Under the pieces are notes generated by a model. That model was not told where the DNA came from and made no database searches. It worked only from the letters and a program-made list of their open reading frames with translations. This document shows positions 26,113 through 35,506 of a stretch of 64,000 bases of DNA, in pieces. Numbering within the stretch: the stretch's first letter is position 1; each line of letters starts with the position of its first letter. The stretch comes from Chloroflexota bacterium (GTDB taxonomy: Bacteria; Chloroflexota; Limnocylindria; P2-11E): positions 89,439-153,438 of the forward strand of contig VBDU01000071.1 of assembly GCA_005883625.1 (NCBI GenBank), read 5' to 3'. Position numbers and translations under genes: made by a program.

Positions 26113-28148
26113 CCGACGAAGAAAAGCCTGAGACCCCCTCGCTCGAAAAGCGCGTCACCAGCCACGGACGCCACGTCGGCGACCGCTACGTGCGGATCGT
26201 CCGCCCGGTCGGCAGCGGGCTCCGCGGGCACGGCGGTCGCTATCTCGCCACCGAGGAGACGATGGCGGCGCGGGGTCCGGTGGCACGCGCCCTCGAGCGC
26301 GTCGCGCAGCTCTTCATCGGCAAGCGGCTCGAATCCGAGGCCGAGGCCGAGGAGCGCGTCGGCGTCGCGACTGGGCTCCCCATCCTCGCCTCGGACAACG
26401 TCTCGTCATCCGCCTACGCGACCGAGGAGGCGATGCGGATCCTCGCCATCGCGGGCACGGCGGCGCTCGCGCTCACGATGCCCATCGCGCTCGCGGTCGT
26501 GTTCGTCCTGGCGATCGTGGTCCTGAGCGAGTCGCGGGTGATCCGGGCGTACCCGAACGGCGGTGGCAGCTACCTCGTCGCACGCGAGAACCACGGCGTC
26601 ATCGCCGGTCTCGTGGCAGCGTCAGCGCTGCTCATCGACTACGTGCTCACGGTGGCCGTTTCCACCGCCGCCGGCGTCGCCGCGATCTCGAGCTTCATGC
26701 CCGAGCTCCATTCACAGCGCGTCGAGATCGGGGTCGGCCTCATCGCGCTGCTGGCCATCGCGAACCTGCGCGGCGTGCGCGAGGCCGGAGTCCTCTTTGC
26801 GGCCCCGACCTACGCGTACATGGCCGCGATGTTCGCGCTCATCGCGTACGGCCTGTACCGGATCTCAACGGGCGATCTGCCCGCCGCGGTCACGCCGCCC
26901 GACCCGTTCGATCCCGCGGGCACCGCGCCCCTCGGGATCCTTCTCGTGCTCCGCGCGTTCGCATCCGGCTCCGTAGGCCTGACCGGCAGCGAAGCGATCG
27001 CGAACGGCGTGCCGAGCTTCCGCAGACCGGAGACACGGAACGCCGTGATCACCCTCGTGCTCATGGGGACGATCTTCGCCACGATCTTCATCGGCCTGAC
27101 CTTCCTGGTCACTCGCATCGGCATCCAGCCGGACCAGAGCGAGACCGAGACCCTGAACAGCATGCTCACGCGCTCGGTCGTGGGCGGCGGGACGCCGTTC
27201 TATCTCTTCGTTCAGCTTTCGACCGCCGTGATCCTCCTCCTCGCTGCGAACACCGGCTTCACCGGCTTCCCACGCCTCGCCTCTGTGCTCGCGAACGACC
27301 GGTTCATGCCGCGGCATTTCGCCGACGTCGGCTCGCGCCTCGCCTTCAGCACGGGGATCGCCTCTCTCGCGGCGCTTGCTGGCGTGATCCTCATTGCCTT
27401 CGACGGCAGCGTGAACAAGCTGGTGCCGCTCTACACGATCGGCGTGTTCCTCGCATTCACGCTCTCGCAATCCGGGCTGGTCCGGCGGTGGTGGCACCTC
27501 CGCAATCCCGGCTGGCGCGCGTCGATCGTGATCAACGGTTTTGGCACGGTCGTCACCGGCACGGTCTTGCTCGTGGTCGCGATCACGAAGTTCACGCTCG
27601 GGGCATGGATGGTCCTCATCCTCCTTCCCGTCCTCGTGGCGCTGCTTTACGCGGTCAACCGTCATTACCGAACGGTGCAGGACGCGCTCGTCCTCTCGGG
27701 CGGCGAGCAGCGCATCCCTGTGTTTGGCGCGCCGGTCGTCATCGTGCCCGTGGCGCGGCTCGACCGCGCAGCGATCCAAGCGCTGGCGTTCGCGCGCTCC
27801 GTCTCGCCGAACGTGAAAGCGGTCCACATCTCGACCTCGCGCGAGAGCGCTGACGAGTTCCGCGCGCGCTGGCGCCGGCTTGGGATCGAGATCCCCCTCG
27901 ACGTCGTCGAGTCGCCGTTCCGTTCGCTCGTCCCTCCGCTCCTCCGCTACATCGACGCGATCGACAAGTCGGACGACCGTCCCATTACCGTCGTCGTGAG
28001 CGAGTTCGTCCCGCGCCACTGGTGGGAGTGGCTCCTTCACAGCCAGACGGCGTTCCGCCTCAAGGCCGCGCTTCTCTTCCGGCCGAACACGATCGTGGTC
28101 GACGTGCCGTATCACTTTAGTGACACCGCCGACCTCACCCGGGGCTAG
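26109..28148 (+). CDS. second KimA-like APC-superfamily transporter (tandem paralog)
   Basis: ATGA overlap start; 679 aa; collinear with the upstream gene. Confidence 0.7.
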   Translation: MTDEEKPETPSLEKRVTSHGRHVGDRYVRIVRPVGSGLRGHGGRYLATEETMAARGPVARALERVAQLFIGKRLESEAEAEERVGVATGLPILASDNVSSSAYATEEAMRILAIAGTAALALTMPIALAVVFVLAIVVLSESRVIRAYPNGGGSYLVARENHGVIAGLVAASALLIDYVLTVAVSTAAGVAAISSFMPELHSQRVEIGVGLIALLAIANLRGVREAGVLFAAPTYAYMAAMFALIAYGLYRISTGDLPAAVTPPDPFDPAGTAPLGILLVLRAFASGSVGLTGSEAIANGVPSFRRPETRNAVITLVLMGTIFATIFIGLTFLVTRIGIQPDQSETETLNSMLTRSVVGGGTPFYLFVQLSTAVILLLAANTGFTGFPRLASVLANDRFMPRHFADVGSRLAFSTGIASLAALAGVILIAFDGSVNKLVPLYTIGVFLAFTLSQSGLVRRWWHLRNPGWRASIVINGFGTVVTGTVLLVVAITKFTLGAWMVLILLPVLVALLYAVNRHYRTVQDALVLSGGEQRIPVFGAPVVIVPVARLDRAAIQALAFARSVSPNVKAVHISTSRESADEFRARWRRLGIEIPLDVVESPFRSLVPPLLRYIDAIDKSDDRPITVVVSEFVPRHWWEWLLHSQTAFRLKAALLFRPNTIVVDVPYHFSDTADLTRG

Positions 28149-28160
28149 ACTCCCGCACTC

Positions 28161-28589
28161 ATGCACCCGAAGCGCATCCTCGTGGCGCTCGCCGGCTCGA
28201 GCGCCGACCCCGATGTGATCCGTCTCGTGGCCTCCATCGCCAAGCCGGGCCGGTCGCAGGCCATCGGCATCCACGTCATCGAGGTCCGCTGGAACCTGCC
28301 GCTCGACGCGGTCCTCGAGAACGAGCTCGACCGCGGCGAGGAGCTGCTCGACGGCGCGAAGAAGGTCGCCGAGCAAGCGGGGCTCGCGCTCGAGACCGAG
28401 ATGCTCCAGGCGCGCGAAGCGGCCGCGGCGATCATCGACACCGCGGTCGAGCGGCAATGCGACCTCATCGTCGTGGCGATGCCCTTCCGCAAGCGTTTAG
28501 GCAAGGTGTACATCGGCCGCACCGTGCAGAACGTGTACGTGAACGCGCCGTGCGCGGTCCTCGCGTATCGTCAGGAAGAGATCAAATGA
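28161..28589 (+). CDS. universal stress protein (UspA family)
   Basis: 142 aa; ILVALAGSSADPDVIRLVASIA...CDLIVVAMP. Confidence 0.85.
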   Translation: MHPKRILVALAGSSADPDVIRLVASIAKPGRSQAIGIHVIEVRWNLPLDAVLENELDRGEELLDGAKKVAEQAGLALETEMLQAREAAAAIIDTAVERQCDLIVVAMPFRKRLGKVYIGRTVQNVYVNAPCAVLAYRQEEIK

Positions 28590-29089
28590 ACGTCGTCATT
28601 GTCGGCTGCGGACGCGTCGGCGGCTTCCTCGCCGGGCTCCTCGACACCGAGGGTCACCACGTGAGCGTGGTGGACATCGCGTCCACGAGCCCGGCGCGCG
28701 CCGAGCGCGCCTGGTTCCAGCACCTGCCGTCGACGTTCAAAGGGGAGACGATCCTCGGCGACGGGACGGACCTCGAGATCCTCCGTCAGGCCGGCGTCGA
28801 GAAGGCCGACGCGCTCCTCGCCCTCACCGAGGGCGACAACCGCAACCTCATGGCGGCGCAGATCGCGCAGAAGATCTTCGGCGTGCGGCGAGTCGTTGCG
28901 AAGGTGAACGACCCCGTGCGCGCACAGATCTACCGCCGCCAGGGCATCGACACGTTCTCGCGCACGACGATCCTCGGTACCCTGCTCTTCGCGATGCTCA
29001 TGGAGGACCGCGAGGTCGGCGAGGTCCTCATCAAGAAGTCACTCGAGCACGAGAAGGAGCTCGCGCACGAGCCGGCGCCGGCGGGCTAG
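28586..29089 (+). CDS. TrkA-N (RCK N-terminal, NAD-binding) domain protein
   Basis: ATGA overlap start. MNVVIVGCGRVGGFLAGLL has the GxGxxG Rossmann motif. Confidence 0.8.
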   Translation: MNVVIVGCGRVGGFLAGLLDTEGHHVSVVDIASTSPARAERAWFQHLPSTFKGETILGDGTDLEILRQAGVEKADALLALTEGDNRNLMAAQIAQKIFGVRRVVAKVNDPVRAQIYRRQGIDTFSRTTILGTLLFAMLMEDREVGEVLIKKSLEHEKELAHEPAPAG

Positions 29090-29746
29090 ATGTACTTCAT
29101 CGTCGCCGGCGCCGGCGAGGTCGGATTCCACCTCGCGCAGGCTTTGCTCGAGGCGGGCCACGAGGTGACGGTCATCGAGGCGGATCGCCGGCGTGCGAGC
29201 TTCGTGCAGGAGAAGCTCGGCTCGATCGTGCTCAACGAAGCGGCGGACGAGGGCCGCGCGCAGATGGAGGCGGGCTGCTCCCGCGCCGACGCGCTCGTCG
29301 CGGTCACCGGCGACGACGCGAAGAACCTCGTCATCTGCCAGCTCGCGAAGCATCACTGCCACACGCCGCGCGTGATTGCTCGGGTGAACAACCCGAAGAA
29401 CGAGATCGTTTTCAAGACGCTCGGCATCGACGAGACGATCTCGTCCACGCGCGTGCTCATGAGCGTGATCGAGCAGGAGCTGCCCACCGGGGGCTTCCTG
29501 CCGCTCATGCCGCTCACCGGCTCGCAGCTCGAGCTCATCGAGGCCGAGATCGCGCCCGGCACGCCCGCCGCGGGGAGGACCGTGGGCGGTCTCAAATTGC
29601 CGAGCGGCGCGGTCGTGGGGGGCCTCGTCCGTCGCGGCAAGGTCGTGCATCCGCACGACGAGACGAAGCTCGAGGTCGGCGATCGCGTCATCGTCTTCGC
29701 GCCGACCGCCACCGAGGGCGAGGTCCGCAAAGCGCTCTTCGGCTAG
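29090..29746 (+). CDS. TrkA/KtrA-like K+ transport regulatory protein (RCK_N + RCK_C)
   Basis: MYFIVAGAGEVGFHLAQAL..., with C-terminal TrkA_C segment LIEAEIAPGTPAAGRTVGGLKLP...DRVIVFAP. Confidence 0.85.
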   Translation: MYFIVAGAGEVGFHLAQALLEAGHEVTVIEADRRRASFVQEKLGSIVLNEAADEGRAQMEAGCSRADALVAVTGDDAKNLVICQLAKHHCHTPRVIARVNNPKNEIVFKTLGIDETISSTRVLMSVIEQELPTGGFLPLMPLTGSQLELIEAEIAPGTPAAGRTVGGLKLPSGAVVGGLVRRGKVVHPHDETKLEVGDRVIVFAPTATEGEVRKALFG

Positions 29747-29784
29747 CGATTTGACTCGGCGCGAAAGCGCCCGAGCATCGCAGG

Positions 29785-30783
29785 GTGTTGCGCGCCGCCC
29801 GCCTTGCGCTCGTCGCGTCGGCGGCCGCCTCGCTCGGCGTCGTCGCGGTCATCCTCACGCGCGCGAGCGCTGCCTCCCCGTACCTCCTGCTCTTCGGCCT
29901 CGCGGCCGCCGACTTCGTGGCGTCGGCGCGGACCCTTGAGCGGGACCGGCGCCGCGGAGTCCTGTTCGCCTGGGGTGGCGCGCTGTCGCTCGCGGGGATG
30001 GGAACGCTTGCCGGCCTCGGCGCCGGCGACGTGACGTTCCCCGCCGCCGCGCTCGGGATCGTGGCCGCGGTCCTCGCGTCGCTGGTGCCACCGTCGCGTC
30101 GCGTGCTCGTCGCGGTCGCGGTCTACGTCCTCGTCGGCATCGCGGTCAGCGCGCCCCGCCTTCCCGGGCTCCTGGCGTTCCCCTTCCTCGTGCCGAGTCT
30201 CCTCCTCTGGCCCCTCATGCTGGCGCTGGGCCCCGGCGCGCTCGCGATCTTCGCCGTCATCGGCTTGGGGATCGGCCTGACGGTGGCCGCGCTCGCGCCG
30301 GCGCTACCGGCACCGCGGCCGCGCCGGCCGCTCGCGCTCGTGGCCGGGCTCGTCGCCGCGGTCGCAGCCGATGCGATCGAGATCGCGCTGGCCGTCGCGC
30401 AGCCGCACACGAGCGCGCGGGCCGAGCTCGGCGTCCTCCCGCTCGCGGTCCTCTTCGTCGCGGGTGCGCTCTTCGGTGCGGGGGCCGTCCTCGCGATGAG
30501 CCGCGCGGGCGGCGGGCTGGTCGCGACCACCCTCGGTGGCGCGGTGCTCGTCTACGCGCTCTTCTCGCGGCCGACCGTGGAATGCTTCGGCAACGGCGTC
30601 GCGACCTCCGGCGGACCGTGGTGGTTGCCCGCGCTCGGTGCGCTCAGCTCGTCCGGTGGCGGGTCCGGGTCGTCGTCCGGCGGTCCCGGCGGTGTGGCGG
30701 GCACGATCAATCGGAGCGACGGCGTGACGATCACATACCGCTGCGAGGGCGATCGGCTCGTGGAGTTCGAGATCCGCCGCTAG
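29785..30783 (+). CDS. hypothetical polytopic membrane protein with Gly/Ser-rich linker and small C-terminal domain
   Basis: 332 aa with 8 or more hydrophobic helices, then SSGGGSGSSSGGPGG and a 30-aa tail. GTG start. Confidence 0.5.
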   Translation: MLRAARLALVASAAASLGVVAVILTRASAASPYLLLFGLAAADFVASARTLERDRRRGVLFAWGGALSLAGMGTLAGLGAGDVTFPAAALGIVAAVLASLVPPSRRVLVAVAVYVLVGIAVSAPRLPGLLAFPFLVPSLLLWPLMLALGPGALAIFAVIGLGIGLTVAALAPALPAPRPRRPLALVAGLVAAVAADAIEIALAVAQPHTSARAELGVLPLAVLFVAGALFGAGAVLAMSRAGGGLVATTLGGAVLVYALFSRPTVECFGNGVATSGGPWWLPALGALSSSGGGSGSSSGGPGGVAGTINRSDGVTITYRCEGDRLVEFEIRR

Positions 30784-31229
30784 ACGTGATACGGCACGTC
30801 GATGACGATCGTGTTCGGACGCGACACAAGGCGAAGTTTGAGCCGCAGCGCCGCCCGGTTGTGCAGGAGGTAGCTCCACCGGGCGCGAGGCACGACGCCC
30901 GACAGGACGATCGCGAGCGGCCGCGCCGGATCGCCATCGGTGAGGGTGTCGAGATGGGTCTCGAGCGCCTTCGCGGCATCGCAGCGCGATCTCACCACCA
31001 CGAGGTCCATCGCCGGTCCTGGATCGAGCCTCGTCCAGGAGCGCCGGATGCGCTCGGCTCCCGCGTCGTCATTCGTGACGTGCACGACCGAGACGTGCGC
31101 CGCGATGGAGCGCGCGTAGCCGAGCGCACGGATGGTGGGTCGATCGAGCCTCGCGATTGGAACCACGACGCGCATTCCGACGCGCCCCCGACGCAGCGCG
31201 CATTGTGAGGCGGGCGCGAGTGCTCCCAT
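30780..31229 (-). CDS. stand-alone USP-like domain homologous to the C-terminal cytoplasmic domain of the KimA-like transporters
   Basis: VVVPIARLDRPTIRALGYARSIAAHVSVVHV...PNTIVIDVPYHV aligns with IVIVPVGRLDRAAARAIAFARSISPAVKAVHV...PNTIVVDVPYHF of the genes at 24055 and 26109. Alternative internal start near 31175. Confidence 0.6.
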   Translation of the reverse strand: MGALAPASQCALRRGRVGMRVVVPIARLDRPTIRALGYARSIAAHVSVVHVTNDDAGAERIRRSWTRLDPGPAMDLVVVRSRCDAAKALETHLDTLTDGDPARPLAIVLSGVVPRARWSYLLHNRAALRLKLRLVSRPNTIVIDVPYHV

Positions 31230-31310
31230 CGTCGATCGAGAGTCCCCGACGCGCGCTCAACGGTGTGTCAACGACATGCCTTCGCCCCTTAACGTTCGCT
31301 CAAAACGTCG

Positions 31311-32033
31311 CTAGAGGTCGTCGGAGCGGAAGCGGTAGCCCACGCCGGGCTCGGTCTCGAGATGCTTCGGCGCCTGCGGGTCGTCTTCGATCTTGCGCCG
31401 CAGGCGCGCGACGTACACGTGGAGGTAGTGCGACTCGTCGCCGTAATCGGGCCCCCACACCTGCTGCAGCAGCATCCGGTCGGTGAGGACTTTGTTCGGG
31501 TTCGTGATGAACACCTTGAGGAGGTCGTACTCGGTGGGCGTCAGGTGCACCACGCGGCCGGCGACCGAGACGTCGCGGCGCTCGAGGTCGATGACGAGAT
31601 CGCCGCTGCGGATCCGCGGCTCCGCGCCCGCGTTCGGGCGTGCGACGTGCCGCAGCGCGACGCGGATGCGGGCGAGGAGCTCGTCGATCCCGAACGGCTT
31701 CGTCATGTAGTCGTCCGCGCCGCTGTCGAGCGCCGTCACCTTGTCCTCTTCGCCGCCACGCGCCGAGAGCACGATGATCGGCGTTCCCGATCGCTCTCGG
31801 ATGTGCCGCACGACCTCGAAGCCGTCGCCGTCGGGAAGGTTGAGGTCGAGGACGACGAGGTCGGGCGGGCGCCGGTCGTACGTCGCCTTCGCGTCGGCGC
31901 CGGTCTCCGCGGTCTCGACCTGAAAGCCGTGGCCGCGGAGATTTGTCCGCAGCGTGCGCACCATCGCCGGCTCGTCGTCGACCACGAGGAGGCGCGCGCC
32001 GGCGGGCTCGGCGCGGGCAAGGTCGGGTCTCAC
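31311..32033 (-). CDS. OmpR-family response regulator (KdpE-like)
   Basis: GTG overlaps the kinase stop (GTGA on the minus strand). LLVVDDEPAMV...LVVLDLNLPDGDG...winged helix YVARLRRKIE. The long Arg-rich upstream extension of track ORF 31311..33347 is excluded. Confidence 0.85.
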   Translation of the reverse strand: MRPDLARAEPAGARLLVVDDEPAMVRTLRTNLRGHGFQVETAETGADAKATYDRRPPDLVVLDLNLPDGDGFEVVRHIRERSGTPIIVLSARGGEEDKVTALDSGADDYMTKPFGIDELLARIRVALRHVARPNAGAEPRIRSGDLVIDLERRDVSVAGRVVHLTPTEYDLLKVFITNPNKVLTDRMLLQQVWGPDYGDESHYLHVYVARLRRKIEDDPQAPKHLETEPGVGYRFRSDDL

Positions 32034-33556
32034 CTCGCGCTTACCGGCAGCGTGAACACGACCCGGGTCCCCTCCGGCACCTCCCGGTCGACCCAGATCG
32101 ATCCGCGGTGCGCCTCCACAAGGCGCTTCGCGATCGCCAGCCCGAGTCCGACGCCGCGCGTGCGCAGGCCCTGCCGGTCGAGGCGCACGAACGGCGCGAA
32201 GATGCGCTCCGCGTCCGCCTCCGGGATCCCGGGGCCGTGGTCGGTCACCGCGAAACGGACGTCGCCGTTCGCGGGAGAGACGCTGATCCCGATCGCGGAT
32301 CCGGGCGGCGAGAACTTCGCGGCATTCTCGACGAGATTGGCGAGGACCTGCTGGATCTCGACATAGTCGAGCTCGACAGGCGGCAGGTCGTCCGGCACTT
32401 CGAGGTCCACAGGATGTCCCGCGGTCACCGGCCGCAGCCGTCCCGCGACGTCCTCGACGAGGGCTCCCACGTCGTGCCAGGCCTTGTGCGGCACCAGGCT
32501 CCCGTTCTCGATGCGCGAAAGGTCGAGGAGATTGCCGACGACGCGGTCGAGACGCAGCGCCTCGTCCCGGATCGCCCCGACGAATTCGTCGCGCTCGCGT
32601 TCGGTCCAGGCGACGTCGCGCTGCAGCAGGCTGCCCGCCGAGGCGAGGATCGACGCGAGCGGCGTCCGGAGCTCGTGCGAGACCGCGTGGAGGAGCTCGG
32701 TCTTGAGGTCGTCGGCGCGGCGCAGCACCTCGGTCTCCAAGGCGTCCTTGCGGAACCGCGCGCGCTCCATCGTGACGCCGAGCTGCGCCGCACCGATCGC
32801 GAGGAGACGCTCGTCGGCCGGTCCGAGCTCGCGCGCGTCGGTGCGCGCGAGGAGGAGAAGCCGGCCGACGTGCTTTCCGGAGACCGTGATCGGCACGAGG
32901 TGCACCCGCCGCTCGCGGCCACGTCCCGGCAGCCGGGCGCCGACCAGGCGGATCCGGCGCGACGGTCCGCGGCGGGGATCCATGAGCCGCAGCTCCGTGC
33001 CGGTCGCGTGCAGGGCCTCGCGCGAGGGCTCGTCGCGCGCGGCGACGGCGGACCGCTCGAGCATCCCGGGATCGGACTCGATCGCGACCGCGTCGAGGTC
33101 CAGCGCCGCGCGGAAGTGCTCCGCGACCGCCGCGAGCGCCCGCTCGAGGTCGGGATCGGCCATGAGCAGCGCCGCCTCGTACAGGAGCGTCGCTTCGCGC
33201 TCGCGCGCCTTCGCCTCCTCGGCGCGCGCGCGCTCGCGCGCGGCCAGTGTCCCCGTCACGACCGCGGTCATGAGGAAGAGCGCGAGCGAGAACAGCTCTT
33301 CGGCGTCCGCCACGACGAGCTGGTGGGTCGGTGGCACGAAGAACCAATCAAAGGTGAGGAAGGCGAGCAGGCTCGCCGCGATCGCGGCGGCCCGCCCGAA
33401 CGCGACGGCCACGAGGAGCACCGCGACGAGATACAGCATGGAGATGTTCGCGAGCTGCGTCCTGCCGACGACGAGCCCGATGAACACGCTCGTGAGGGCG
33501 ACGCCCACGATCGCGGCGACGTACGGGATGAGACGTCGCATGGCTCGATCTCGCAT
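32030..33556 (-). CDS. KdpD-like sensor histidine kinase lacking the N-terminal KdpD/Usp sensor region (DUF4118 TM - GAF - HisKA - HATPase)
   Basis: LTFDWFFVPP is the KdpD TM-domain signature. H-box AVSHELRTPL with N, G1 and G2 boxes intact. Starts at ATG MRDRAM; the track ORF upstream extension is low complexity. Confidence 0.8.
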   Translation of the reverse strand: MRDRAMRRLIPYVAAIVGVALTSVFIGLVVGRTQLANISMLYLVAVLLVAVAFGRAAAIAASLLAFLTFDWFFVPPTHQLVVADAEELFSLALFLMTAVVTGTLAARERARAEEAKAREREATLLYEAALLMADPDLERALAAVAEHFRAALDLDAVAIESDPGMLERSAVAARDEPSREALHATGTELRLMDPRRGPSRRIRLVGARLPGRGRERRVHLVPITVSGKHVGRLLLLARTDARELGPADERLLAIGAAQLGVTMERARFRKDALETEVLRRADDLKTELLHAVSHELRTPLASILASAGSLLQRDVAWTERERDEFVGAIRDEALRLDRVVGNLLDLSRIENGSLVPHKAWHDVGALVEDVAGRLRPVTAGHPVDLEVPDDLPPVELDYVEIQQVLANLVENAAKFSPPGSAIGISVSPANGDVRFAVTDHGPGIPEADAERIFAPFVRLDRQGLRTRGVGLGLAIAKRLVEAHRGSIWVDREVPEGTRVVFTLPVSAR

Positions 33557-33557
33557 C

Positions 33558-34886
33558 TTAGACCGCGCTCGCTTGCTCGACGCCCGGCAGCGCGAGTCCC
33601 GCCGCCACGCTGGTGAACGCGGCGGCGTCGCGGGTGGACGCGTCGGGCAGGAGCGACCGCATGAGCGCGCGGAAGGCCGGGATCGCGCTCGAGCCGCCGG
33701 TATACACGATCTCCCCGATCCCGCCGGCCTCGAGCCCGGCGACATCGAGCACCTCATGGACGAGCGCGGCGGTCTCGTCGAGCAGCGGTGCGACGAGCCG
33801 CTCGAAGCGGCCGCGCACGATCCGGGCGTCCACGTCGACCGCGGCGTGGTGGTACGAGAGGATCGCGCTTGCCTGCGTCGAGAGCTCGCACTTGGTCGCG
33901 TCGGCGGCGCGGAAGATCTCATAGCCGAGCTGCAATTCGATCGCGCTGCGCAGTGCGGCAAGCTCGCGCTTCGGCGCGCCCGCGCGCACGAGGTCGTCGA
34001 GCGCGTCGAGGAGCGGCTTTTCGTTCAGCGCCGAGAGCGCGTGCCAGTCGCGGAGCGCGTTCACGATGTAGCGCGGCAGCGCGAGCCGCTTGGGACCCCA
34101 CCGCGCGCGCGAGCCGAGGAACGGCGCGATCGCATCGTCGATGACGAGCTCCGTCGCGCGGTCGCCGCCGATCGGGCCGCCCGCGGTCGCCAGGACGCGT
34201 AGCCCGCGCGCGTCGCGCCGCACGACGCAGAGGTCGAGCGTTCCGCCGCCGAAGTCGAACACCAGGCTCGTGCCCTCGGCCGTGGCCGCGGCGTGCGCGG
34301 CGGCGATGGGCTCCGGCACGAAGTGGACCTCAGAAAAGCCGGCGAGCTCCGCGGCCACCCGCAGACGCGCCGTCGCGCGGTCGTCGGCTCCAGGCGGTCC
34401 GCTGAAGCGCACAGGTCGACCGAGCGTGACCGCCTCAGGGGCGATGCCGACAAGCTCTCTTGCGCGGGCGCGCACGTGCGCAAGGACCAGGGCGATCAGA
34501 TCTTCAAGGCCTTTCGCATCCCCAAAGACGTTCGTCCGTGTGTCGAGCGGATCCCCGAGAAAGGTCTTGAGCGCCTGGAAGAGCCGGCCGGGGGCGCTCG
34601 TGTCCGTGAGGATGTAGGCCTCGAGGCTCTTGTGGGTCCAGTCCGTGGAGGGGAGGCGGATGCCGAGCATCTGCACTTGACGCCGAAGCGGTCCGCGGTC
34701 GCGGTTGTCCGACAGATACTCGTCGATGGCCCGTCGGCCGACGATCGGCGTGCCGTCTCGCCGGATGTACAGGACCGTCGGCAGCGTTTCACCCGCGATC
34801 GGGTCAAGCGGCAGCACGCGGACAGCGGCGCCGTCGAACGCGGCGAGCGACGTGTTGGACGTGCCGAAATCCAGACCGAAGCGCAC
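33558..34886 (-). CDS. Hsp70-family ATPase-domain-only protein (short DnaK-like)
   Basis: 442 aa with GLDFGTSNTSLA...VFDFGGGTLD...VYTGGSSAIPA, the actin-fold phosphate / adenosine motifs. No substrate-binding domain. Confidence 0.7.
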   Translation of the reverse strand: MRFGLDFGTSNTSLAAFDGAAVRVLPLDPIAGETLPTVLYIRRDGTPIVGRRAIDEYLSDNRDRGPLRRQVQMLGIRLPSTDWTHKSLEAYILTDTSAPGRLFQALKTFLGDPLDTRTNVFGDAKGLEDLIALVLAHVRARARELVGIAPEAVTLGRPVRFSGPPGADDRATARLRVAAELAGFSEVHFVPEPIAAAHAAATAEGTSLVFDFGGGTLDLCVVRRDARGLRVLATAGGPIGGDRATELVIDDAIAPFLGSRARWGPKRLALPRYIVNALRDWHALSALNEKPLLDALDDLVRAGAPKRELAALRSAIELQLGYEIFRAADATKCELSTQASAILSYHHAAVDVDARIVRGRFERLVAPLLDETAALVHEVLDVAGLEAGGIGEIVYTGGSSAIPAFRALMRSLLPDASTRDAAAFTSVAAGLALPGVEQASAV

Positions 34887-35057
34887 GGGCCGACCAGAGT
34901 ACGGCCCAGCTGCCGGCCAAGCAGGCCGCCGCCCGAAACCCTCTCTACGCGGCGGTATCCCCGTCCTCGGTCGGCCGGGGACCCCTCCGCCGCGCGGGGG
35001 CCCTCGGTCGGCGGCCTGCTCCGCCGCTCCCGGGCCTTCTGTCGAGGAGGAAGAGTC

Positions 35058-35086
35058 TTGACAACGGCATTGTTAGGTTTTATAGA
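35058..35086 (+). promoter_or_regulatory. sigma-A-type promoter for the hspR operon; the predicted TSS coincides with the GTG start (leaderless)
   Basis: TTGACA (35058-63), 17-nt spacer, TATAGA (35081-86). GTG start at 35093. Confidence 0.45.
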
Positions 35087-35092
35087 AAGAAG

Positions 35093-35491
35093 GTGGCCTT
35101 AGGACGTCGACCCGTCTACGTCATCTCGATCGCCGCGGGCCTGGCCGGCTGTCACCCGCGCACGCTCCGGATCTACGAGGAGGAAGGCCTGCTCGAGCCG
35201 GTGCGCACGCAGACCAACATACGGCTCTACTCCGACGACGACCTGGAGCGCGTTCGCGCCATCCGGTACCTCACGCAGATCCGGGGCGTGAACCTTGCGG
35301 GCGTCAAGCTCCTGCTCCAGCTCCGCGACGCGACCGAGCTCCTTCGCGAGATCGGCGAGGAGCTCGCGACGCAGGACGAGGCCCCGGCCGCGCAGGCGGC
35401 GGTCTATCAGGAACGGGGCGACGAGACGGCGAACGACGCGGGGCGCCCGCGGCCACGAAATCGCTCGCGCCGAAATGGCGTTGAGCTCTAA
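35093..35491 (+). CDS. hspR: MerR-family heat-shock repressor HspR
   Basis: VYVISIAAGLAGCHPRTLRIYEEEGLLEPVRTQTNIRLYSDDDLERVRAIRYLTQ resembles the HspR HTH. Confidence 0.75.
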   Translation: MALGRRPVYVISIAAGLAGCHPRTLRIYEEEGLLEPVRTQTNIRLYSDDDLERVRAIRYLTQIRGVNLAGVKLLLQLRDATELLREIGEELATQDEAPAAQAAVYQERGDETANDAGRPRPRNRSRRNGVEL

Positions 35492-35506
35492 AAGAGGAGG
35501 CAACCT

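Noticed and set aside
31311-33347. 678-aa ORF containing the KdpE-like regulator
   Set aside because: Only the C-terminal 240 aa is a response regulator. The upstream 438 aa is Arg/Gly-rich nonsense that overlaps the kinase gene in another frame. I chose the start at the GTGA overlap (32033).
35041-35092. A canonical HspR HAIR operator upstream of hspR
   Set aside because: CTTGACA-N7-TGTTAGG resembles the HAIR consensus only loosely (left arm 5/7, right arm poor). I report it as a promoter, not as an operator.
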